A stretch of 64,000 nucleotides of DNA, from contig OZ024764.1 of NCBI GenBank assembly GCA_964016885.1, positions 21,576,001 through 21,640,000 of the forward strand. Direction: 5' to 3'. The DNA is from Eledone cirrhosa (Eukaryota). Both the position numbers and the translations under genes were made by a program. Position 1 is the stretch's first letter; each line of letters opens with the position of its first letter. Below the pieces are notes generated by a model that was given only the letters and a program-made list of their open reading frames with translations, did not search any database and was not told the DNA's origin. This document shows, piece after piece, positions 37,628 to 52,103 of this stretch.

Positions 37628-39909
37628 AACAAACTATTGTGCTATAGAATTGACAAACTTGAGCAATGTTTAATAAATGTTACAGATTTCTCCAAACTGT
37701 CGTTTACTAACTTTAATTTGAAGCTATATTATCTATATACTACTAAAACTGTGATTGTGTCTTGTCTAATTTAATACAGCTAAAACAGTGCATAATGGGG
37801 AAATACTTTGAAAAGAATAAAACAATTTTTGTATAAATTGGAGCACAGGTTCCCAAGATTCAAGGTTTTCTGGGTACCTTGATATATATAGGGAGAGAAA
37901 GAGATAGTGGTTGTGAGAGTGAGGAGACAGATGGAAGAGAGAGAGAGAGCTGGTGGTGTTGTTTAATAAAATGTGTGTGTGTATATATATATATACGTAT
38001 GTGTATATTTTAACTATTTAAAAATTATTTTTAAATGACTTTTAAAAAATAGTTTTAAGGGAACGTGACCCAACAGGTCCCGGGTGGTCTAGTTTGTTAC
38101 TAAATACTAGATATTAGAGGGTCATGTTGTTCTAGATGTGCTGGAAGAGCCATTCCATCTCATGAGGTTCATCCCAGCAGCTAGCCACCTCAGCACCTAT
38201 GGTGGTATATTTATTATATTATTTATTCTTTATCATTAACATTAATATAAAAGATAATTATATATTTTTAGAGAAGAACCTCTAATTTTATATAGCTTAG
38301 GGCTTCAGTAGGTAAAAGTCTGGCCCTGCTTGTCTTGTAATTTTTAGGGGAGAAGTTAGGGAATATTGTTATCGTGTGAAAGTTTTCTAAATCTTCTTCA
38401 GCCACTAACATGGAGAAGATATTTCAGTAAAAAGGTTCACATCCTGACATCTATAGCTGTTAACAATGAGATTGGAATTCATTATTAAACAAATGTTATA
38501 TCATCATCACTGTTTTACATCAGTTTTTTCACTCTGGCATAGGTTAGACGAGTTATCCTGTTGTAAGCAAGGCCAGGTCAGGTGACCACGTGTTGCTCCT
38601 ACAGAACAAATTTTGGATTGGTTTCTACAGCTGGATGCCCTTCCTAGCACCAACCTTATTTACATTGAGTACTGGGTGCATTTTACCATCTCACCATCAC
38701 GACCTCTTTACAGTGTGGGCTGGGTGCTTTTTGTTGTGACACCTATATGACCACTTTACAGTGTGGGCTGGGTGCTTTTTGTTGTCACCTACATGACCAC
38801 TTTACAGTGTGGGCTGGGTGCTTTTTGTTGTGACACCAACATGACCACTTTAAAGTTTTGGCTGGGTACTTTTTGTTGTCACCTACATGACCACTTTACA
38901 GTGTGGGCTGGGTGCTTTTTGTCGTGACACCTACGCAACCGCTTTACAGTGTGGGCTGGTTTCTTTTTGTCATATCACCTACATGACCACCTTATAATGT
39001 TGACTGTGTATTCTCTATAGTGTGGGTTGGGTGCTTTTTGTCATAACTCCTACCCAACCACTTTGCAGTGTGGGCAGTGAAATATCAGTAATGCACCAGC
39101 TCCAATATTCAGTAATCAGAAGAAGGGAGGTAGGCATAAAAGCCAAACTTGCTGTCTTCAATTAGGTTTTTGTGCCAACCCTTACCTATGGTCACATATC
39201 TTGGGTAATGACCAAAAGAATATGATTGCGAATACAAGTGGCAGATATGGGATTCATCTGAAGGGTCTTTGAAGGAATGTTTCTCAATAAAGTGCATAGC
39301 TCTGAGATCAGAGAGTCACTCCAGGTGGAGCTGTTACTTCTCCGAATTGAGACATCACAGCTGCAATACTATGGCCATGTGGTTAGAATGTCTGAGGAAA
39401 GAATCACTGGATAGATTTTACAGGCAAAACTAACCAGCAGGAGACCCAGGGGTAGACCTGAGCAAGATGGTCACATAACATCCATGAGCTTGGCTGGTCT
39501 CTCTGGGAGATCCAGCCAGATCAGTTGGAGTGGGTTTCTTCTGACAGGACCTGTTGGAGGGAGTGTTTGAGGACTCTGCCCCCAAGACCCTCTCTGGAAT
39601 GACTGAATTAATAAGAAGAGGTTGAGGTTACATCATCAACATCAGATTTCCCTGCTAGCAAGGGTTTAATGAGTCTACTTCAACCAAGTAAGTACTGAAG
39701 TGAGGCTACTGATCTCTAGACAGACCAAGGATCTGACACTTATTTACATAAGGTCTCATTTGCTACTGAGTGCACAGAAAAGGTTGTCATGTTTTTGTCA
39801 TGATTGAAGGGTTCTCCGACACTATTGTTGGGCAAGCTTTCTATGGCTAGATGTCCTTCACATGACGAACCACATTACAGCCTGTGTTGGGTGTGTTTAT
39901 CATGTAGGT

Positions 39910-41921
39910 GAGGCATAACAAACTGAGGGTTCCCCAAGGGCCACATAGGTCACATGTTTTGTCTGAGGGTTGCACAGTGCAACTAATTATGTACACAACA
40001 ACTAATTAAAGTCATTTAATAAAATTTAATATAAAAAGATTTGTTACTTAAATTTAGAAACATACAATGTACATACAAATGTTTTAGCAGCATTCATGAA
40101 TACAAAGTAATGAAGTAGTTTGATAAAAAACTAAAATTTAACATGTCAACATATACTTGCAGATTGTAACAGCAACAAATACATTGTACACAAATAACAA
40201 CAGTTGAAAACTGAACATTTATTTGCTACTATTCAACTATTTTTAGTGTTTTGTCCTGAGGCTTGACACTTCTTTCTGTTGACAATGTTTGGCATGTCTG
40301 GCTGAAATGTCTGTACAGTTTCAACTTTAATCAGAGATGACAAGTGTTGATCTGTCAGCCTTGTTCTCTGAGAAGTTTTTGTTAAGCTAAGTACAGACTC
40401 AGTATGGGCAGTGATTTTCAGCTCTTTGCACATAAGAAAATGAATTAAATTTTCATCTGACAACGGAGACTTCCATAAGCTAAGTTTTCTAATGAAGAAC
40501 TTGATGTCATCATACAACTGAGTGATGGGTTTGTTTTTACCTTGTAATTTCAAATTAAGGTCAGTTAATTGTGCAGTAATATCCACAAATAAAGCCAGAT
40601 GTTGGAGCCAACTTTCATCTTTTATTTCATCTGTGTTTTGACTTTTCATCTCCAAAAACATAATTATTTCAGCACTTTGTGACATGTCAACCAGCAGACT
40701 TCTGTGTCGAATGGAACATTGGTGAACTGATTATCCATATCTTCCAACAACTGGCTGAACTGACGGTGGTTGAGAGCACGGCTTCTGATTTAGTTCACTG
40801 TCTTTGTGACCAAGCTAAGCACATGATGCAATTTTAAAATCTTTGAACATAAATTTTGCTGAAATGTGCAAATGATGAATCTAAATATGAGTTTTCTATT
40901 TTTGTTTGTAACTTGGCAGCAACACCATTATGTCTACCAACCATATTTGCAGCACTGTCAGTAGATAAACATGCAAGTTTACTCAGATCAAAACCATGCA
41001 GACCCTGCTTGACCTTCTCAAAGATGTCCTGGCTCGTTATAATGTCATGCATGGGGACCAGTTCAATCAGTTCTTCATAAATATTAAATTCACTGTCACA
41101 GGCCCTGATGAAGAATGCAAGCTGTACTATTTCAGTGATGTCAACATTCTCTTCAATAGCAATAGAAACATGTTCAAACCTTGATGATACAGCCTTTAAC
41201 TGTTATTTCAGATCACCTGACATTTCATTAATCTGTTCAGCAACAGTGTTACTCGTTAATGAAATGTCTTTGAATAACTCTGCTTTCTCTGTACAATTTC
41301 AGCTGTTTTTACAAGACATTGCTTTACAAAATCTCCTTCACTGTAAGATTTCCCACTCATGGCAATCATTCGACTGAGTTCATAGCTTGCAGTAACGGAA
41401 GTGACATTCTCTTCCTGAATTAACATAAAACAGGTCTATTGCTGTGTCAAGTTAGACTTCAATTCCTTGAGTCTTGAAACACACATTGGGCCTTCATATT
41501 TATCGTAAGATCGAGGGTTTCTTTCATAATGTCTTTTTAAATTGTACTCTTTTGGCGTGGAGATGTAGTTGTTGCAAATTAAACAGTGTATCTTTCTGTT
41601 CACCATTGGGCAAAAATACTGTAATTCCCACTTTTCTTGAAACACTTGCCCTTCTTCGTTCAATTTCCTTTTTCTCTTAGCTGGAGGAGCACTAACCATT
41701 TCAAAAACAAAAACTTTTGAAATTTTGAAAGAAAGTTTTCTGTTAATGAGCTGCACGTGATTAATGGAAGTTAAAAGTAGTTGACAAAAATTGCACAAAA
41801 AAAACAATTGTATCGAAAAATTTTTAAATTTCATATTACGAAAATGAAACATGCTCGCATGTAAAAACCTTTGTGTGGGCCGCAGGTTTGCTTGCAAAGG
41901 GCCGCATGTTTGACAGGTCTG
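39910..41921 (-). mobile_element. hAT GTF2IRD2/SPIN-like transposon (copy 2)
   Basis: TSD atgtaggt / atgtgggt, same TIRs and transposase fragments. Confidence 0.9.
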
Positions 41922-42735
41922 ATGTGGGTTACCAACACTAGGGAGGGCAGCATGTCCTTCAATGTCTTCTGCTACATTAACTACCAGGAGGTCACCACAT
42001 GACACAAAGACATTTCAAAGAAGGGTCACAAAAGAACTAAATACAAAAGTACCCACAATTCAGGAAAAAGCAAATAATTGAGCTTTGGGTCTAGGTTAAT
42101 GGGGCAGAAGTGCTGTGGACAAGACTACAAAAGTATCCCCCCCCCCCCTGGACGATGGACAGTTACACCCACTGGAACAACCACCCCAACCTCATGGAGC
42201 TCCCTCTTCAGAAGAGCCACCAACGTTCTGATCTTACAGAGGAGCTTGGCAGTACGGGGTCCATGTACTTCTGAGGTCTCGATGGTGACCGGTGTGAAGA
42301 GACCTACAATTGAAGTCATCCCAGTTATGTTGGACTGTAATATACTGGGGTATAGAGAGGCCTTAACCTGTCTCAGCCGGGCCACCCAGGGTTGTGTCAT
42401 CTAGGTACCAGACAGGGGTGACTAGACCATGTTGTCAACTGTCAACACCAATAGGAGTGAGGCGAGTGGGTCCCCTTGCTAGACACCATATATAAAAACG
42501 TATTTGCTAATTACTTTAGTGAATAATTTGTTTCATACGTAATTATTACTTTTAACACAATAGGATTTTGTACACGTGTTTGTTTGAAAACATCTTTCAA
42601 AGAAGTATGAGACAGTCTTTTGTAGTGTTTATTATAGTAAATTACTGTATGTTGAGCTGTTTTAACTTCTCCACCTTCTATTATTTTATATTGTTTTTGT
42701 AAAAAAATGAGATCTTTTTCATATATATATATGAA

Positions 42736-42953
42736 TGCGTGTGGCTGAGTGGTTAGAGAATTGGATTCGGAATTGTGAGGTTGTGAGTTCGATTCCCAGA
42801 CCGGGCGATGCGTTATGTCCTTGAGCAAGACATTTTATTTCACGTTGCTCCTTCTACCTGGAGTTGCGACCGATAGATAGTATTAGCAATTGGAAAGACC
42901 AATGGAAACATTGTTTCCTCAGTCCGATTTGACGAAAAGTCGATCATAAAAAA
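42736..42953 (+). mobile_element. Full-length tRNA-derived CORE-like SINE
   Basis: A box TGGCTGAGTGG (42742), B box GAGTTCGATTC (42785), gtccttgagcaagac core and an A/TA tail. Confidence 0.85.
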
Positions 42954-43921
42954 TATATAGAGAGAGAGAGAGAGAAACACACAAACATACACTACTGTAT
43001 TACATATGTAAGGGGAGACAACTCTCGTTACATCCACCCTTCTTTTTGATATACGTCCATTAAATACTTTGTACAATGGAATCTGCTTTATTTTGTGTCC
43101 TAAGTAGATTTCTGTTTAATTATTTACGAGATTCACAATGATTCACGTAACCAAGTTACTTACATAGAGATATATTTCACATAGAATCACCACAAATGAA
43201 AATATTAAGTCAACACTCTGTCAATCAGTCTCACATCACATGGGGTGCTGGAGTCTCCTTCTAATACTTTCTGAGACAGTCTTACCTCGAGTGATAGCAA
43301 GGCTAAGATGTTGGAACTACCAAACACCCTCATATGTATCACCTGACACCTCGGTAAGGAGAGCTGCCAACGATAACAAGAACCTCGTTGTCAGGGACCT
43401 ATCTCCTCCAAACTTCTCCAACACCACAGACTAGAATATTCTACTCTTTATTCCCTATCAAATATATTTCAGTCTAGTCATTTATCATGTATCTTGTATA
43501 TGTATTTTGAAAACTAACTGTCACATTTGTAAGACCCCAGTTAGTGATGTTTTTCTCTCCCTCCCACATCCTACATGCTGTAGTAAAAGTGAGGGTCACT
43601 GCTTCTGTAGACGAACGAAATAAAAGCTAAACTACCAGTAATTATCGGCAAAGTATTTATTCCAGTCTGTGATGTTTGAGAAGCTGGCCTGCTGACAACG
43701 AAGTTGTTGTCACTGTTGGCGGCTGGCTTTACCGAAGTACCCGATGACTCTTGTCAGGGTACTTAGCTGTTCTGACGTTATGCCTCCACCTGACCCGATC
43801 TTAACGAGATACCCGGTGATCTCTGTCAGGGTACTTAGCTGTCCTATTTTAATTACATTTACTGATTTCAACTTCATTTTTCTATTACAAACTTTACATA
43901 ATTTAATTCGGTAAAAATATT

Positions 43922-44054
43922 TTACGTCACAAAAAAACATTGAAGCATGCGCAGTGGTGCAGTTGACGACTTCCTGTCCACGTGTCAGTCTTCCTACAAC
44001 AACATTTAGACAACATTTCTGTAAATACTAAACACCTGAGACTATAATGTAAGT
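43922..44054 (+). promoter_or_regulatory. Putative promoter and non-coding exon 1 of ZNF paralog 3
   Basis: Same motif cluster; donor GTAAGT at 44049. Confidence 0.7.
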
Positions 44055-44586
44055 ATTATGTCTATTAATATTGTAGATTTAAGCTCACTCTTCACATCAC
44101 AAATATATATTTTCTTGTTTGTTTCATTACTGGAAATATAAAATGTTATCGTAATTATCTATATTTTACCTACCTCTAATTAATTAAAGTGAAAACTTTT
44201 GTTGTTGCTGAAAAATAAATTAACAAAACTAAATATTTAAATATTCTAAAGGTCGTTTTTATATTATGTGATGATATAATTAATATATTTTATTACAATT
44301 GTATAAATTTACAGTAGAATAACGTTGTAAATATGTTTTAAATATATACATAAATAACATAAGTGTGTAAATAACATTATAAATTGCTGGCAATTCCTTG
44401 AGAAAGACATTACAAATATATTGTCTAAACTGTGTATAATAATATAATTTATTGAACAATAATGATAAAGGAAAGAAAAACACAGTGGGAGATGGCAATT
44501 GACCACCAGGTGTGATAATAGGCCACACCTCACACCTTAGGGGTTAACTACACACTTTGAGGCAAGCCAACACACTAAGGTTTACT

Positions 44587-45284
44587 AAGGTGTTGAAATA
44601 ACCAGGTACCCTCACGGGTATCACCTGACACCTCGGTAAGGCGAGGCTAAGGTGCTGAAATAACCAGTTACCCTCACGGGTATCACCTGACACCTCAGTA
44701 AGGTGAGGCTAAGGTGCTGAAATAACCAGTTACCCTCACGGGTATCACCTGACACCTCAGTAAGGTGAGGCTAAGGTGCTGAAATAACCAGGTCCCCTCA
44801 CGGGTATCACCTGACACCTCAGAAAGGTGAGGCTAAGGTGTTGAAATAACCAGGTACCCTCACGGGTATCACCTGACACTTCAGTAAGGTGAGTCTAAGG
44901 GGTTGAAATAACCAGGTACCCTCACGGAAACGACTAGATTTTTAGAAAAAGTAGGGTGAAAGTATACGAAGAGATGTAGTTTCACAGATCTACTCACACC
45001 TCACGTTGGGTGGGAAATAATTATTTTTCTTAGATTTTTTTCTAGACCCCTTTTCAATATTTTCTCTGAACCCCTTAGATACTTGCAATAGACGTTTTAT
45101 TCCCCACAGTATTAGGGTTAGGGTTTCCGTTTTCAGGAAGAAAAGTCGATTGCAAACATCTAAGAGGTCGAGAAAAATTATAAGGAAAGATAATTATTTC
45201 CCAGCCAACTGGTGAAATGTGTAGCTCTTCTAAACTCTGATAATCCTGTCTCCCACTTCTTTATCTACAAATCTAGTCGTTTCC
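44587..45284. repeat. 62-bp tandem repeat (about 5.5 copies) plus foldback MITE
   Basis: Homologous to 6393-6903 with an expanded array. Confidence 0.88.
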
Positions 45285-45796
45285 TGCTACTTTGAAGACC
45301 CTATTTATTGATAACACCACCTGTAAATCTTTGTCAACTTTTCACACGTAAATTGTGAATCAGTTATTTTAAAACAAACTATCAAAGAAGTGATCTCACA
45401 GTAACTGTGTTTGATTTAATCAACTTATTCCCCCCCAAACATTGTTGACCTTGTGTCTAAATCAGAAACTATTATAAGATCTTAAATCAACCCCGTAAAG
45501 ATGAAGGGCAAAGCTAACCTCGGCGGGATTTCAACCCTTTATGTTATGAGTTCAAATCCCACCAAAGTTAACTCTGTCTTTCATTCTAACGGAGTGGATA
45601 AATTAAAGTTCCAGTAATCTACTGGGGTCTGAGATATTAAGGTTTGAGTAGATTCTATCTTTTTGTGTGTTTGTATTTATAATCTTACTAGAACACCTGT
45701 GACCTGTTGGGTCACGTTCCCTTTAAAAATAATATTTAAATAATTAAAATATACACAGACATGTATATAATGTAAAATGAAATTAGTAGGCCCATG

Positions 45797-45880
<84 letters not shown>

Positions 45881-45900
45881 TGTGTGTGTATATATATATA

Positions 45901-45934
<34 letters not shown>

Positions 45935-45936
<2 letters not shown>

Positions 45937-46218
45937 GAAAGATTTGAATGGATACAGTTTAGTTGAAAGGAATTTATTGACACGTGTTTCTATAACAGTT
46001 ACATAACCTAAAACAGCTGCTATCTACAAACTTTTAGTTTATGTAACTGTTATAGAAACACGTGTCAATAAATTCCTTTCAACTAAACTGTATCCATTCA
46101 AATCTTTCTATTTTTCTCCGGATTACTTTTGGAACTACAACTGGAACCGTCGAGCAAACTCTACGTGAGCTGATAATCTACTGTGTGTAATATTTATATT
46201 ACAACACAACGGAAAATA

Positions 46219-46221
<3 letters not shown>
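45935..46221. mobile_element. Small insertion in (TA)n with a 72-bp perfect inverted repeat
   Basis: Arms 45935-46006 and 46039-46110 are exact reverse complements, followed by a 110-bp unique tail. Absent from paralog 1. Confidence 0.75.
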
Positions 46222-46254
<33 letters not shown>

Positions 46255-47079
46255 GTCACTTGATATAATTTTATAACTTTGTTCAACAGCACCACCAGCT
46301 ATCTCTCTCACACACACCCATTATCTTTCTCTCTCTATTTATAAAGGTGCCAGAAAAACCCCATATCTCGGGAACCTGTACATTGATTTACGTGAAACTT
46401 ATTTTATCCCATTTGTATTCCCATTTCAGGGTCAACTTCCTTTCAAACTATTTTCCCATTATACCCCGTTTTGGCTGTATTACATTACAGACAAGACACA
46501 TCACAGAGTTTTAGGTTTATAATGTTATAGTATCATGATAGGGTAATACAGTTATTTATAGACCTGTGGTAAATGTTGGTTCAGTCCACCCTGGGGGGTG
46601 TAAGTGTTGGTTCAGTCTACCCTGAGGGGTGTCAGTGTTGGTCAATGATAACCTTTATAACTAGAGGCCTGTTGGTGAGGACAAGCTGGAAGTGATGACA
46701 TCTTTCTGCTACCTGTGTGACATGTCAGCTGGAAGTGGAGCCAAGTTCACTGCCATCGTGCTGTGCCACTCCACAGGTAACAAGTTTAGGCAGCTTCTCC
46801 TAATCCTCAAGACATGCTGGCTACCATTAGACACCATGGGGCAGGTTTATAACACCTGTGGGAGAAGTGTGTTGTTTCATGCCAGCGAGACCTGGGCCAT
46901 GTTATCTGACTGTCTGAATTGACTCTGAAGAAATGACAGAGCTATGATCCACTGGATGTGTAGTGTGACCATTGAGGATGATGTCAGCTCAACTGAGCTC
47001 CTAAAAAAACTGCTGATCGACAACCTCAAGGATGTGTTTCACAGGAGACACATGCACTGGTATGGCCATGTTGTGCATT

Positions 47080-49317
47080 CTCTCTCAACTCATCTATGCT
47101 TGGTCGTTGATGCACATTGACATTGCACATCCAACGGAGCATACTTGCTTCATTTTTCTCCAGCCGTTGCATATCCTCTGCAGTTGCTGTCCGTGTCTCA
47201 CTACCGTGCAGCATCACACATCTCATGCAGGCATCACCAGCCATTCGTTCTTAGAGAGAAACCCTTCTTTGTCAACAGAGGAAGCAGCTCCCTAAACTTC
47301 TTCCAACCCGTCCTTATTCTAGATACTATGGCCTCTGGGCACCCTCCTCCCATGCTAATTTGATCACCTAGATACCGGAAGCTATCAACCACTTCTATAG
47401 AACCTACCTGCATTTGAAAAATGTATCTATCACTGCGACTTCTACCGTCAAATTTCCCTGTACATCTACTACATATGTATTTTTCCCTACCTGATAGTTT
47501 ACCTGCTATCCCACTACATTTCTTGTGTACCCAAAATCTGCATTGTGTACATTATAGAATTTATGCCAGTTCCTTTTCTACATATTGAACAAGGCCATTT
47601 CCCTGATGGAATGACAGTTTTGTCCTCTTTTCTACTCAACACTTGTCTTAGTTAGGTTCACTCTCAGTCCTCTTGATTCCAACTGCTGTTGTAATAGCCA
47701 GAATTTATTCTCTAGCTCCTCTACTGATTCTGCTATAAGAACCATATCGTCAGCATAGAGAACTTCCCATGGGCACCTAGTCTTAAACTCCTCTGTTATG
47801 ACTTGGAGGACTATAATGAACAAGAGCGGGCTGAGGACCGAACCCTGATGTACTCCTGCATCTGTAATTCCTCACTAAACTCCATGCCTACCCTCACTTT
47901 ACTGACAGCACCTCTGTACATAGCTTGCACTGACTTCACAAACTATTCCTCTACACCTAGTTTCCTTAGGGTTCACCAGATGACAGATTGGGGTACTCTA
48001 TCAAAGGCCTTCTCTAGGTCAACAAAAACTAAGTATAGTGGTTTTCTTCTCTAAGAACCTCTCTTGTAGTTGTCTCACTAAGAAGAGGGCATCTGTTTGA
48101 CTCTTTCTCTAAGTTGCGCTAGTATTCTTTCTGTCACTTTCATAACCTGATCCATCAGTTTTATACCCCTATAATTACTCCCCTCCAGAACATCCCCTTT
48201 ACCTTTACCTCAATTTATGAGAATACTGCTGCACCAGTCTTTGGGTATGACACCACCATATATAGCTTGATTAATGATGCATTCAACCAGTTTAATTCCT
48301 ACTTCTCTTGATGCCTTCAGCATCTCAGCAACTAACCCCAACAGTCCAGCGGACTTACCATTTTTCATTTCCTTAATTGGACCCTATAGTCGTCAATCTC
48401 AATAGCTGGTCCTTCTGTTGGGTCTACTGAAGGTAGCTCCCCTCCTATTCATTCTCCACATTCATCAGTCTCTCATAATGACATTTCCAGGCCTTCTTTT
48501 TTTTGAGAATCAGTGACACTAAGTGCACCAACATCCTGATTTACACTGACACACTGCCTTGCAATGTGGATCACCGCACATCTCTGATCTCCCCATCGCA
48601 GGACATTGGCAAACCTTCTACTCTCAGCTTCCCTGCATGTTAAGTAGGCCTGACATCTAGCTTCTCTCTTAGCGGCTGTGAATCGGTCTCTACCTCTACC
48701 ATTTTTCCAAGCCTTTTGTCTCTAATGGCTCTATCTACCGTGCTGTTCCACCACCAGGCCACCCTCTGTCTGGTTGGAGCTCTGCTCCAGCCACAAGTTT
48801 CTTCAGTAACCTGCAGTAAGTTGTCACGTAAGAAATTCCAGTTATCATCTATGGCATATGACTCTAAATCGTCTTCTTTTTCGTCATACACATCTTGAAG
48901 GGCTTTCCTAAATTTATATTTTAGTGAAAGGTCTTTTAGTTTCCAGTCCTTCCTTTTTTAAACCTTCTTGTATGTCTCTCTTTGTCTCTTGCTTACTGAG
49001 ATGTCACTAACGACTAACCTATGTTGGGGGGTTACATTGTTCCCTGGGGTATGCCTTAGTATTTGACACCATCTGTCTCTCTTGCTACTTAACTAGCAAG
49101 AAGTCAATCTGTCTCATGTGCTCACCTGATTGGTAGGTTATTAGGTGGTTGGTAGGTTTCTTGAAGTGTTGCAAATGGTTAGTTCACTTGCATCACAAAA
49201 TACAAGAAGCCTCACTCCTTCTTCATTTCTTGAGCATGACCACCATGTACCCCAGTATATCCATCCTCGAACTGTCCAACATGACCATTGAAGTCCCCTG
49301 CTATTATAACTAGGTCT
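47080..49317 (-). mobile_element. Old RTE LINE (copy of 11258-13385, retaining the YADD segment)
   Basis: CPWEVLYADDMVLIAES at 47632-47823; otherwise collinear with 11258-13385. Confidence 0.9.
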
Positions 49318-49884
49318 CAAAATCTCATAGATTTGATATTATGAGAGATAAAGCATTTACTGTGAAAATATAATAGTATATATAGAGTAATGTGAATACT
49401 AAAGGGTTAATCTGATGTCACTAATAACTACTTTTATCTGTCAGTTTATTCTAATGTCACTAATAACTACTTTTATCAGTCAGTTTAATCTAATGTCACT
49501 AATAACTACTTTTATCAGTCAGTATAATCTACTACCACTAATAACTAACCTATGTTAGTCAGCACATTCTTCACCAAAGAAGGCCTTAGTATTTATTACA
49601 GTCCATTTATCAATATAGAAATATTATAGGAAATTTGTACTGATGTATTACAAGTTTCTGAGTATCTTATAATGTTCTTTTATTATTTCAGAATACCAGA
49701 GGACATTGGCATTAAAGAGCACGTTACATCAGACATATCCTCAACATTAACCATTTCTAATGAAAGACACTAACCATCATTTTCAAATAATTTTGAAAAC
49801 ACTCAACACTTTGAAGTGATTTAGTAATATAACTAAATTTCTCAGTATTAAGCTGTGAATTATGTGAGAAACTGAGGTGATTGA

Positions 49885-50766
<882 letters not shown>

Positions 50767-51709
50767 CTGTGTCAATATCAAACTCATTACATCATACTAC
50801 AACAACAATTGTGTAGATCCATCATTCTTGCTTAAACTGGGGTCAACCTTGTAGGTTTTACCTATGACAGGGATCATAAAACCAGTTTTCCATTTTTGAA
50901 GCAGTGTTTGAAGATTTTGTGTAAATTAAAGTTTTACTCTTTAAACTTTCATTTATTATACTTTAACAGGTAAGATATATATTTGTATTTTTAGTAAAGG
51001 TTGGGAACTTCTGTAATTTAAACCTGCCAATAAAATGAAAACTTTTGTTGTTAGTCAGACGTTGATATTAATTCTATTGTCCTGTACATTGTCTCAAATA
51101 TCACAGATTAAACAGATTTTAACAATAACAACAGAAATCAATAACTTGTAAGCCTAATATCTAGCTTCCATTTTAACTATTTGATATTGTTGTTCCTCTC
51201 CTGTCTCTTCAGGTCTTTTAGATTTCAACTTCTATCTACTGTACTATTCCATCACCAAGGCAACATTCATCTGGCTGGCAGCTTACATCAACTACAGATC
51301 TCCAACCCTTCTTTCTGCAGATAGTCTTGTATCTGTCAGTCCCTCTATATCTTATATTTAACAGGGAGATCTTTTACTCTCCAACCCTTCTATCTCCAGA
51401 TAGTCTTGTATCTGTCAGTCCCTCTAGATATTACACCTAGTATCTAGTCTATGTTGAGTGGTACGTCCTTCTCCAGTAAAGGAGTTAATATTCCCAACCA
51501 TCTGTCTATCCTGTTTTCTGATGAGAATGAAGTCAATCTAGTTTATCTCTTCACCTGATTGAAGTAACTAGATCAAGTAACTAGATGCTTTCCTGTAAGT
51601 TAGTGTTGCAGTGTAAGGTTTATATCTATTAATATAGAGATGTAGTAAAGTTTTCACTGTTGTATCTCTACTTTCTAAATATCTTAATAATGTTTCTCTA
51701 CTATTTCAG

Positions 51710-52103
51710 AATATCACATGACCTTGACAGAAAAGAGTCTTTTAAAGACAACAGAAAGATGTTACATACAAGTGATATAAACTTGTTTAGTCTGTGGTGA
51801 ATTATGGTGAAATATTTCTTCTGAATTGAGATAAATAACAACATTTTCCTTTTTCACTGTCTGGAATATTTACAAGATGATTTTACATTCTGATTAAACT
51901 TTGGATATTTACAAAGGAGTTTTCAAAATATTTGGATATTGACAAAGATCACATTTGATAAAATTATGAACAATAGAAATATTTACATCAACATAGGAAT
52001 ATTTTCCAGAAGAGATGGGAAAATCATTATACCACTGTAATATTTGTGGTAAAGTATTCTCTCTTCTTTATATGTAGAACATCTAACTAAACACTTTAAC
52101 TAA
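51710..52103 (+). pseudogene. Decayed ZNF exon relic (copy)
   Basis: Homologous to 18117-18507. Confidence 0.65.

Noticed and set aside
42736-42810. Possible tRNA gene
   Set aside because: A and B boxes are present, but the sequence continues into a SINE core and tail without a proper acceptor stem or terminator.
44587-44925. CRISPR-like appearance of the 62-, 73-, 48- and 39-bp arrays
   Set aside because: Head-to-tail repeats without unique spacers, no cas genes, and a eukaryotic context.
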